Shown: in pieces, positions 13,001 through 23,540 of the stretch | Numbering within the stretch: position 1 is the stretch's first letter | Layout: the number at the start of each line of letters is the position of its first letter | Source: Camelus ferus | Lineage: Eukaryota | Length of the DNA stretch: 64,000 nucleotides | Assembly: GCF_009834535.1 (NCBI RefSeq) | Contig: NC_045697.1 | Location: 22,074,001 to 22,138,000, forward strand | Reading direction: 5' to 3' | Translations under genes and position numbers: made by a program | The notes under the pieces: generated by a model | What the model was told of the DNA's origin: nothing | Databases searched by the model: none | What the model saw: the letters and a program-made list of their open reading frames with translations, nothing else

Positions 13001-13655
13001 ATGCTCCCTACAAATAATTCTCTTCTTCCTATCCTTTTCTTTTTTTTGTTCTTTACTGTCACTACTCTTGCTGTAGTGAAGTTGTTCATTTTGTTTGTAG
13101 TACAGTGCATTCTCTTTCTTAGAACTTTCTATTTGCCAATCTGAGACTCTTTTGTTTTCATCTGGGATGTCTTCAAAGACCAGTGAAGTCAAGTGGAATG
13201 CTAATGATAAAGACAAGTTGAATGCTAATGACAGACATGGTCAATGTGTAGGGACAATTCAGCATGTAAAGATTTTATTAACTTTTTGGTTACAATTAGG
13301 AGAGCACAGTGATACCACAATTGATATTGCATGAGGTCAATCAATCTATCCTAATGCTTGTATACTGCCTTCTCAGCATGCCATATTTTAAAAACAAAAG
13401 CTATTAATTGTGTTTCCTTGTATATGCAGTGGAGAGGGCTCTGATTCTTTGGAAAGCCAAGTCATTCCTGATTAGAAAAGGGAAGAACTTAGATGATTGA
13501 AAGGAAACTAAAAGGCAGGATGATTTTGCTTCTAACAGATATAGAAAAGCACAGAGTGAGTAGAGTTCATTGAAAAGTAAGAGAAAGAGGCCTCTTAATG
13601 AGTTGGTACTTTGAACACTAGTTCAGAGGGAAAACCAATAAAAAAGTAAATTTTT

Positions 13656-13763
13656 GAATATGAAAACAAATATATGTATGTATATGTATGACTGAACTAT
13701 TATGTTGTACAACTGAAATTGACACAACATTGTAAACTGACTATACTTCAATTAAAAAAAAAA
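13656..13763 (+). mobile_element. Young, severely 5'-truncated L1 3' end with poly(A) and probable target-site duplication
   Basis: gaatatgaaaacaaatatatgtatg...tgaaattgacacaacattgtaaactgactatacttcaatt followed by A10, flanked by aaaaaagtaaa(t/c)tt; resembles cetartiodactyl/camelid L1 tails. Confidence 0.8.
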
Positions 13764-13904
13764 GTAAACTTAAAAAAAGTAAACTTTTATGAAAATGTGA
13801 TTGAAGTTGGAAATTCTTTACATTTTTTGGAGGGTAGATACTAAAATCAGTGAACGAAATGAGAATTAACATTAGTTGGACCATCCACCAACAAACATCA
13901 ATAA

Positions 13905-14080
13905 GACATTGGATTCATTGGATTCTCAGAGCTGTAAAAGTTGGCTCTCACAAAATCCCATTTCACAGGTGGGAAATCTGAGATCAGATTTGAGGTCAAA
14001 GAGGTCAAATAGTTTGCAATGTGTTTATTTAGTAGTGGAGCACCAACTCTCTCTGGTTTCAAAGTGTGATCTTTCTGTCT
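13905..14080 (-). mobile_element. MIR/MIR3 fragment
   Basis: cccatttcacaggtgggaaatctgagatcaga...aggtcaaatagtttgc resembles the MIR core in antisense. Confidence 0.6.
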
Positions 14081-17000
14081 CCAGTGAGGGTCTTAGAAAT
14101 AAGAAAAATTTCCAGGGAAACAAACAGGTTTGGTGAACTTTTGGATTGCCAAAACACACATTGTTGAACAGAAAATAAACTCTCTTTGTGCTACCCTGAA
14201 GAAGTAGAGCTGACGGGATATTGGTAGGTGTAAATGAATGATTACCTAGTATTTTCTTGTTTGTTTCTTTGTTTTAATATCACCTGTATTTTCCAGTTGG
14301 AAAGTTTCAGGTTAAATTCCCCAGATATGGCTTGTCTACTTACTGTAAATTTCAGATCGTGTACCATTCTTTACCTATGTTGGGAGTCTATGTGAACAAG
14401 CATGTACTATCCAAGATGTTCCACTTATCTTTCCAGGATATACCCTTCTCAAGTGAACACCTTTCTGTTTAACCTACCCCTGACCCCAAACCAGCATCAT
14501 TTGCTCTTTTTTAGTGTTCAAAGTTTGAAGTGATTGAATCTATTTACAATTTTATGCAAAACTGAATGTGAACGTACTAAGATTCTTTTTTTAATCTTTC
14601 AGAATTTAATATGTGACTTTTATAGCACAAATACAGGCTAATTTCAGTTTTGATCATTAGATTCTAGGCTCCTAGGGGAAAGAAAACATTGTATACTTCT
14701 CTGAATTTCTAGCACCTAGTATACTGTCATCTGCTTTTGAACTGAATTGTTTTGATGCTGTTTAAATAGAACACTTTTCTGTATCAGAATCATTAAAGAA
14801 AAAACTTATTCTGACCCACATATTTTATAGGATATTAAACACTACTTAGATAGACCTTTGGAGTTTCTGGCTAAAAGATCTTACTTCCTGATTATTAAGA
14901 AAAGGTGGTTGCAGAGTAGCAAGAGAGAGACAGACAAGAGAGAGAGATTCATGGGTTTTCTATGGAATAATTGTACTACGTGACGGCCCCACCTTATCCA
15001 CTTAAAGTTCTGTTCTTTCAATATGAGGATGATGCCTCTAATGATTCAACATCAGCATTACACGATCCTGAGTTGTTTTTCCCGTAGAGGAAATTACTTT
15101 TCTCTGATTCACCAACCCCCCCACCCCCCGCCTTGGTTCTGATTCCCTAGTGTTACACTGCATGTGGGTATAACGTGACTGACTGGGTGATCGTTAGATT
15201 CTAACAGTAGATCTGAGCAATTAATGCATGTGTGTATTTTGTCTACACGCTATGTTATAATAACCACTTGAGCAAAATAGCTGTATATACACATTATGTT
15301 GAAAACACAACAAAATGACAAAGAAAAAGACATGAAAAATTTTCTATTTTCTGCTGTGTAACCCTTATCTAATTACCTGTCAATTGAGGGATTTAGGATA
15401 GGTGATTTTTGACTGTTCTCAAGTTCTGAAAATTTGTGGTTCATAAATTCAATGTGGTCAAACAAGTAGATTATTTTCCACATGTTAATTCCTTACATAG
15501 GACTGTACTATTTAATATTTTTAGGAGTGTTGTTTTTGTTGTACTTGTGTGGAAAATAAGCACAATAATATTATTATCTTTAGATATATGTACATGTCAA
15601 AATAACATTTCAAGTTGATCTATTTTCAATGATAGAAAATAATCATATTTTGGTCAGCCAGATACTATGTCTAAGTAACACAGAAGTAGAGTATTTTGTT
15701 TGTTTTTTATTTGACCCTTTTTTTTCCATAGTTAAACTTCTGATTCATTTTGGCCCTTACTAGTTTCAAATTATGAGCTTTATAAATTCTAAGCATGGAA
15801 AAATATAATCCTATTAGGGGCACATGAAGGAGTCTGGCCGATGTTGTAGGAAGGCTGAAAAGGTCCATGGAAATGTCAGCCTTTAAGCCCTCACATTATG
15901 GTTGAAGAATCTGAGGTCAAGACGATGTTGTTCCAACCCTTAGCTGTCCAGGTCCTCTGAGTTCTAATCCTCAGTCTTCCAGCTTATCCATGATAGATTT
16001 CTTTAAATTGAAAAATAGTTAATAATAAGGTGATAATGTTAGTGTGAATTCCTAGGGGGGATGCAAGTCAAAAATTGTTGTGCTCTCCAGGAATTTCAGA
16101 GAGAAATGCCAGCAGTGTGAAAGTCTCTGTAGCTGACCGTATTTTCTTTACAGGACCCAGAATCGGTCAGAATCATTCTCCCCACAGAAAACTTTCTTGC
16201 CATTAGCAATCTGTAGCTCATAAAATCTGTAGTATAAAATCATGCTGAGGAATTGGGTAACCCTTATTCATATAAGAAGATATTTGTAGCCTAATACCTT
16301 GGCCATTGTGAAATGTAGAAATCTGTCTCTGAAATAGCCTTCTTTGAAGTATATACATAGTGAGTATCACAGAATTATATTTCAGAATTGATGATGTATT
16401 TTGTCCAGTGTTTTTACCAAGATAATGTCTTATGCCAATTGTAAACATCCTTTTAGAGTCTGCTGCCTCTGCTGAAACTTTTAGCTACTGTAAGTTTTAA
16501 ATAAATACGCTGAGAAAAATCTCGGGTTTACCCGGTTTTCTCAGTAGTTTTTCTCTGCTAAATAACAAAAGGGTCATAAGTGAGATCAGGTGGAACATCG
16601 CTTGATTTTAGTTTCTTATTTGAAATGAAAATATTTGTTCTCCTGACATTCTGACGTTTGCAGCACTACATTTTAAAAGATTTAATATAGTACCATAAGG
16701 CTGATTTAGTGTAGTTTTGAACCACAAGATTGTGGAAACATAATTCTGATCGTAAGAATTTACTGCCCAAAGTGAGTCAAGAAATGAAAAAATAAGTAAA
16801 TAAATGTTTTTCTGGTCATGTACAAGAGACAAACACTAAAGCAAAATAAATTATTTCATATATATTAAAACCAGTTAAGGGAGATGTTTTGGCCTGAAAG
16901 CTTTAGCATTGCCAATAAATATCTCCCTTTTGCAATTTTTAAAGCTTTCTTCAAGTTCATGTGTGTTCTGGGATTAGAGTGACACTAAGGGAAATTGGAC

Positions 17001-17164
17001 TTTTGCCTGGTGGTTATGGAATAACTTCCCCTTGCTCCAAAATTTAATGGGATGAAAAAGATACTGTATTGGTTTCCTGCCCGGAAAATGATGCCTCCTT
17101 CTCTGATTAAGCAGTTAGTTACTCTCCATTTGGTAACCCCAGACGGCCATAGGTGGCTCTAATA

Positions 17165-17380
17165 CAGAGGTTCTCATCCAGGGGTTGTTGTATCCCCAAG
17201 GGAACATTTGGCAATGTCTGGAGACATTTTTGGTAGTCACAGTCAGGGGTGGTGCTGTTGGCATAGAGTGGGTAGAGGGGAACGGATACTGCTAAACCTT
17301 CTACATTGCACAAGCCAGGTTCCCAAAGTAAAGAATTACCCAGGCCCAGATGTCAGTAGTGCCAAGGCAGAGAACGCCTG
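17165..17380 (+). mobile_element. Full-length MER20 with perfect 8-bp target-site duplication
   Basis: cagaggttctca...ggaacatttggcaatgtctggagacatttttggtagtcaca...tgtcagtagtgccaagg...cctg; ctctaata at both 17157-17164 and 17381-17388. Confidence 0.92.
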
Positions 17381-17389
17381 CTCTAATAA

Positions 17390-17535
17390 TTTATCACATT
17401 GTATCTTAATCATTTGTTTACTTGCGTCTCACCTTTACTGGCTTGTAAGATTTTTACTGGTCAGGGACTAGCCTTCTGCCTCCTGAAGTATTCTCAACGA
17501 GAAGAAGAGTTCCATAAATATTAAATGTTGAATGA
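17390..17535 (+). mobile_element. L2 LINE 3' end fragment
   Basis: tttatcacattg...tttgtttactt...ctggcttgtaag...ggtcagggacta...aaatattaaatgttgaatga. Confidence 0.6.
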
Positions 17536-17604
17536 CTCTCAAATATAAGTCTGACTATGACTGCTACCTCATTGGGGAGTTGTGGAAATCATTGTTTACA
17601 TTTT

Positions 17605-18110
17605 GTGTTGATATTTGGCACACACGAAAAATTGTACAGATCTTAAGTGTACAGGTCAATAAATCATCAGAAAATGAATACATCCCTATAGCTACATAGA
17701 CTAACAAGTGAATAGTGCCAACCTACCATAAACTATGTGTTTCCCAAACATCATTTTCTACCTCCTCTCCACTTGTAACTGCCATCTTGACTTCGAACAC
17801 TTTCCTGTTTTAAAATTGTTTTCTCGTTCAAAATCACAGAATGTTTATGAGATTCATCCAAGTTGTGTATAGCTATAAGTTGTCCGTTTTCATTGCTGAA
17901 GAGTATTTCACTGGATTAATGTAGCACATGCTTTATTCATTTAATTGTTAATGGATATTTTGGTTGTTTCCAGTGTTAACCCTGAGAGTTAATATGACTG
18001 TAAGTATTCCTGTGCATGTGTGTTGGTGTGTATATACACACATTTTTGTTGGCTGTATACCAGAAGTGTAATTGTTAGATCATATTAGATCGTGCACATG
18101 TTAATCTTGA
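17605..18110 (-). mobile_element. Old L1 (L1ME-like) 3' fragment
   Basis: gatcttaagtgtacag...atgtttatgagattcatccaagttgt...ttttcattgctga...aatggatattttggttgtttccag match old L1 antisense 3' UTR/ORF2-end motifs. Confidence 0.75.
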
Positions 18111-19799
18111 AATATGAGACATAATCATATAAAGAGATAGGCAAAACAGTCCTTTTTCTTAATGCAGCATGGGTATAGTTTACAAGGAATTTGTTGCTAC
18201 TTGGGATAAAAATAACCTCTAACATCAGTGACTGATGCAGAAATTTAATTGCATAAAAGGCTCAAGTTTTTCTCTTTTCTCTTTATAGCTTCCTATTGTT
18301 TTCAGCCTTTCTGATCCTGCTATAACATAACTGCAACTTGATTTCACAACACCTAAAGTCACAAAAGGAATATTTGTTACTTGATTTATGTCAACCATCC
18401 CTCCTCAAGTTACACATACCTCCACTGTGCTCAGCTTACCTGTTCACCTTATACTTTGAACCTTTTGTCCACATGTGTATCTGTTGCTTTTTTTCCTTCT
18501 TATTTTCCTTATTCTGTTTATCTTTATTTCATCTCATCGTGGTCATTTTTCTTCTAGTTGAACTTCTACAGCCACATATTAATAACATGTGATATCTATT
18601 TGGGCAGAAGAGAGGAATCATGTTAACATGCAATGTATAATTTCATGGTGACTATCTAAGACATTATAATCTTATATTAAACCTAGCATTTTAAGACTTT
18701 ATGAAAACTTACGAGTTATTTAGTATAAGACTCTAGTTTTACTGTTGAAACCCATGAGGAAATTTAAAGTGACTTGTCAAAAAGAAAATGACTACTTAGC
18801 AGTGGGGCTGGGGCCACAATGAGAGATTGTGGGATTTGGACGTAGAATCACAGGCTCTTTCCAACAAGGAATGATGTGTTAAGTAAAAAGAGATGGGAAT
18901 GACATAAGGGAATTATTAAATTTTTTAGTGTATCCTATAGATGACTACAATCTTTAGTGGCCAGAAAAAAACCTTAATTGTAGTAGGAAATATGCCTTTT
19001 TCATATAGGAACATATAAATAGGCATCCTTTACTGCTTTGAGCAACTGTCAGTGCAAAACATCTTTAGATTTAAGGAACACGAACACAAACAACTAACTT
19101 ACTGACACCAGAGGAAGAAATTCTAAAAGGGAAACAGAAGTGAGTTTTCTCTTTTAGAAATTGTGGTGTGTGTAGGGGGGCAGTGGGGATGGTAAAGCAC
19201 ACCAGGGTTATATACTGAGAGTTTTTTTCCTAATAAGTGATGTTGACATATATCTATTCAAACAAATTAATTCCCCATTGTGATGGAGCCTCTGATGGAA
19301 ACCACTAAAATCAAATTCACATAGGAAGTGGGTGGAAGCACAGAAAGAGGAGAGAACTAGAAAAAAGCATTTAAAATTTTCCTGTAATGTGAGTACTAGC
19401 ATTTTTCCTTTTTCATAGCCATTTCACTAACAATTTAATGTTTGATGCTGCTTATAGACTAGAACACAGATCGAAAATAAGCTTCTTTTCCGATGCCAAC
19501 TTCCTGCACTTGTGATTGTTACAGGGAACACTATTTTGAGGAGATTTCTGAGGCCAACAGCAGATTTATTAAGGAGTGGCAGCAGCCATGCCAAGTATCT
19601 GCCATCTTGCTGGAGACAAAAAAGGCTAGTGTTCCAGTTTCATCCTCACCATCTCTGCATGGCTTTCTCCGAGGCATCTCAAACTGAGCAGATTCACAAA
19701 GGAATGCCTAGTCTGTTTTCTTAGGCTGCTTTGCCAGCAGATTTTTCAATCCCAGGATATGGAACCATTCTTTACACAGTGACTGGGAGCCATTCCTGC

Positions 19800-20484
19800 C
19801 AGCTCTTCTTTTCCCATCCCATCTCCAAATAATCACCAAGTCTTACAGAATCCACTTCCCCAAAGAATCCTGAATCTGTCCCTTTGTCTACATTTTTCCT
19901 GCATCCACTGCAGTACCAGCCTCCACTACCACCCATCTGCACTGCTGAGTGTCCAGCACGACCTTCCTATATGTACCTGCTCTTCCCACTTCAATTCATA
20001 ACCCAGAAATGAACCTGGATGATCTGAAAACACAGATCTGGTTCTATCTCTCTGTTGTATAAAGTCTTCAGAAGGGTTCCAGTGCCCATAGGATAAAGCT
20101 GGAAATCTGTATTATGGCCATTTATAAAACCGTGCATAGTCTGATCTTCAGCCACTTCCCTGGCATTGCCTAAGCCCCCTTCTTCACAAAATCACTTTGC
20201 AGCATCCACAGCGGCTGTTCAGGTTTTGAGCAATACCAGCTTTCTTCTCTCCTTAGATCCATCATACCCATTATTCTCTGTTCCTGCAAATCTCTTCCAC
20301 ATTTATTTCATTTAGTTTGAAATCTCTTCCTTCTCTGAAATCTCCGCTTAAGTTTCAGGTAATCCTTTTCCTAACACCCCAGTTTAGGTAAGTTTTCTGA
20401 AGTACATATACATAACATTTTCTTGAGCTTTGCATTCTACAATTGCAATTAAAATCTAATCTGATTGATTCTTTATTGAAGGTC
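19800..20484 (+). mobile_element. L2 LINE, 5' part (interrupted by MLT1D)
   Basis: Pyrimidine-rich L2 text (atcaccaagtc...tgaatctgtccc...aaacacagatctg...ccagtgcccataggataaag). Confidence 0.7.
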
Positions 20485-20992
20485 TGTATTAGTCTCCTAT
20501 TGCTGCTGTAAAAAAAAATCACTACAAACATAGTGGCTCAATGCAACACAGACTTATATTTTACAGCTCTGTAGGTCAGAAGTCCTAAGTGTGTCTCACA
20601 TGGCTGAAATCAAGGTGTTAAGTAGGTCTGCATTTCTTTCTGGAGGCTCTAGGAAGAATCCATTTTTTGCCTTTCCTGCTTCTAGAGGCTGCCTGCATTT
20701 CTTGTTGTGCTCCTCTTTCATCTTCAGAGCCAGATGTGGCAAATCAGTTCTTTCTCCTAATATCTCTCTGGTTCTGATACTTCTGCCACCGTCTTCCCCA
20801 CTTAATGACCCATCTGATTACATTGGACTCCCCCAGATAATCTAGGATCATCTGCCTGAATTAAAGTCAGCTGATTAGAAACCATACTTCCATCTGCAAC
20901 TTCAGTTCTTTCTTGACATGTAACATGACATAATCATGGGTATCAGGGATTAGGCTGTGGACATCTTTGGGGGACCATTCTTGCCTACCACC
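20485..20992 (-). mobile_element. MLT1D solo LTR
   Basis: tgtattagtctcctattgctgctgta...ggaggctctagg...gattacattggactcccccagataatctagga...ggacatctttggggg...gcctaccac; near-TSD aggtc/aagtc. Confidence 0.88.
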
Positions 20993-21135
20993 AAGTCTAA
21001 ATCAATAGTAAATGTTAAGCTCCTTAAGGGAAAGAACCATACTTGTTCTTACCGAAAGCTTGATCTCCATCACTGAGCACATTGCCTAGTACACTGTAGC
21101 ACTTCATAAATATTTGTTAGATGAAAGAATGAATT
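20993..21135 (+). mobile_element. L2 LINE 3' end (continuation after MLT1D)
   Basis: aatgttaagctcc...agcacattgcctagtacactgtagcacttcataaatatttgttagatgaaagaatgaat is the canonical L2 terminus. Confidence 0.75.
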
Positions 21136-21329
21136 ACTAAAGCACAATTATTTTCAGTTATCAGGGGTAATAGAGACAGGTAGCAAGTCTCAGGGTGGGG
21201 AATAGGCTGCATGCTGATTATGCTACACAAAGCTCTTATGGAGGGATACAGATAAATTGTTGGAACCCTTTATCCAAATCATCTCGTCTTCTCTGGGAAT
21301 TAAAAAGCAATCCCTGTCTTTTATTTTGG

Positions 21330-21650
21330 AATGCTTGTTGGTTCTCTCCAACCTCCACCAGAATGAATCGCATAATTATGTATTCTGTACAGAAATATCA
21401 ACATAAATGTGCTTTCCTGAAGCATGCAGCTGCTATTACCGACGCTGACTGTAACTCAGACATATGCTGGGTGGCAGCAGATAAGTTTGGAATTAGTTGT
21501 GATAGGTAATCCAGAAAATAGCTAGACCGCATGCTAGTAATCAAGAATTCACTGTAATTACTTTAATCTGTAATCGGCTGAACACAGTGCACAAAAGACT
21601 GGCAGAGGATTTCTGCAACCAGAGAGGAAGTTGCTTAATTATTCCAAGAC
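21330..21650. promoter_or_regulatory. Candidate conserved non-coding element / enhancer
   Basis: No repeat recognised; four TAATC cores plus TAATTA within ~70 bp, E-boxes CAGCTG and CATATG, several CpGs. Conservation not tested. Confidence 0.4.
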
Positions 21651-21689
21651 CATCTCTTTGTTTCCTTATTGATTTTGAATTGTATGACC

Positions 21690-21860
21690 TTTTCATCCAT
21701 TCACTTATATATTTATTCATTCAGTGGAATGTATTAATTATAGCAGGAGCATATTAATTACCCTTGAAGCAAACGTCGATAGAGCACGTCCCCTCGCCTC
21801 TCAGGACATCCAAGCTCACAGTGAAAGACAGACATGGAAGTAAACCTGGAAGTGCAGTGT
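21690..21860 (-). mobile_element. L2 3' end fragment
   Basis: ttcatccattcact...ttattcattcag...gtcccctcgcctctcagga...gctcacagt...agacagaca. Confidence 0.55.
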
Positions 21861-22622
21861 TAATTCTCTTCCTTACTTGAAAAGGAATAAGTTGCAGACT
21901 CAAAGTTAATAAACAATTACTATGAGAAAGTCCCTTTAACTTTCATATTAGAAAGATAAATTATTGGAAAACACACACCCACATTCATAGGTACATGTCA
22001 TGTTAATATCAAGGGAACCAGCTTGGTTTACTAAGGAAAACAGTGAGGCTTAATTTTTTTTTATTCCTGAATCTGTAGGCTATAGATTCTAGGTTAACCT
22101 TAAATGGATGACAGACTATTTATTGCACAGTAAAGTCAGTCCATAAAAATTAGATGCTTTTGTACTCTCTTCAAACAGCTGTCTTACACGGTGAATGAAC
22201 AAGTTTGTATTTACAAAGTTCAGCTGAGGAAACTCCTGTTGCGGTTCCACATTCCTGGTTGCCAGGATACTGTGGCTTGGTGCAGGGTGTAAACATCTCA
22301 GAGTGAACAAGCGTAAAAGGTTCTCACAGGCTGGATTGAGGGTGGGGTCTTAGAAGATGCTATTTACTATGGATAATGGAAACTTTTTTTAAAAAGGTAA
22401 CGTTCAAATAAAGAATAAGGGGGATGAACTTTGAAAGCAACAAGGATGAAAACATCTTCAGGAACTGCATGTGACTGTAAGTTTAATCAGTCAGCACTGA
22501 GTGTTTCTCTCACAATGAAATGAGCCCGTGTGATTTTTGAGTGCTTGATTAAGATTATAGCATTTGAGAAGCAGTTGCTGAGGGATGGCCCCATACTGGT
22601 CAGACTCTACCAGTTGCATTGT

Positions 22623-23050
22623 TGTTGGAGGAAGGCATCGAGAGGATGAGACTTCTGGTTGAGTTGCAAGCAGGACCCAGACAACCAGAGACTCCTCCCC
22701 CTCCTCCACCCTTGAAATGTACCTTCTACCCGCTGTTCCCACAGCGGGAGCCATCTTCAAGGATGCAGCCTTGAGAGAGCAATGGATTGTTGAGACCATC
22801 TGGACAGTGTTTGTGACTGAACCCAGTGAAGGTCTCTGTATGAACTTTTAAGATTCTGGCAAGTGGGTGCTGAGATCAACTCACCTTGCAGCCACCTAAG
22901 ATAAGCCTGGTCTGTGAGCTCCCTTGCTTATCAAACCTGTCACCTTCTAATCTGGAGTGATTTACCTCTTTCTTTGGTCTCCCCTTGCCCTCTGTGTACA
23001 GGGGCAGTTTCAGATTTTACCTGGAAAGCTCCTTAAATTTCAAACCAGCA
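22623..23050 (+). mobile_element. Solo LTR, ERV-type (family not determined)
   Basis: TG...CA ends (tgttgg...ccagca), near-TSD attgt/cttgt, degenerate TATA-like tgtatgaa and poly(A)-signal-like atcaaa in LTR order; internal text resembles a laurasiatherian LTR I recall. Confidence 0.6.
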
Positions 23051-23124
23051 CTTGTGCTTATTTTTAGACATCTCAGGTAACAAGTGACAAAATACCTAAA
23101 AAAAGACTTATTTTTAAGAGGTAG

Positions 23125-23540
23125 GAAGTCAGGATGGCGAAAGGTTCATGCAAAGAAAGGATGAAGATATTAATAATGTTTGACTTGAAGAATATAAGAC
23201 TTAGAATGTTTACAAGGCTGCATTTTAAAAATTTCAGTTTTTGAAGATTTGTCATGTTCAAGAGGAGTTAAGTTGTAGTATTCAGGACAGTAATGAAAAG
23301 CTACAGGAAAAGTAGCCTCTGATCAGTATTAGAGTATTCAGATGGGGCACATCCAGAAACAAAATGGAAATCCTGGCAGGTAGTGAGTGTCTGTCTCTTC
23401 AGGATCTTAAACAGAGGCTGGACCATTGTTTGGTAGATGGTTCTACCAAAGGGGATTTGAGCACCTGAGCAATGGTTGCTTTATCCATATTAAACATCAA
23501 CTTGTAATCTTGTAGTGTTCTTATAGCTGTGACATTTAGG
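23125..23540 (+). mobile_element. L3/CR1 LINE 3' fragment
   Basis: atgtttgacttgaagaatataagacttag resembles the CR1 ORF2 end; aggtagtgagtgtctgtctcttcaggatcttaaacagaggctgga resembles the L3 3' region. Confidence 0.65.

Noticed and set aside
16133..16260. Strong-looking acceptor ctgac...ttttctttacAG at 16153
   Set aside because: Only weak donors follow, and the frame I checked closes after 20 codons; isolated acceptors are common in introns
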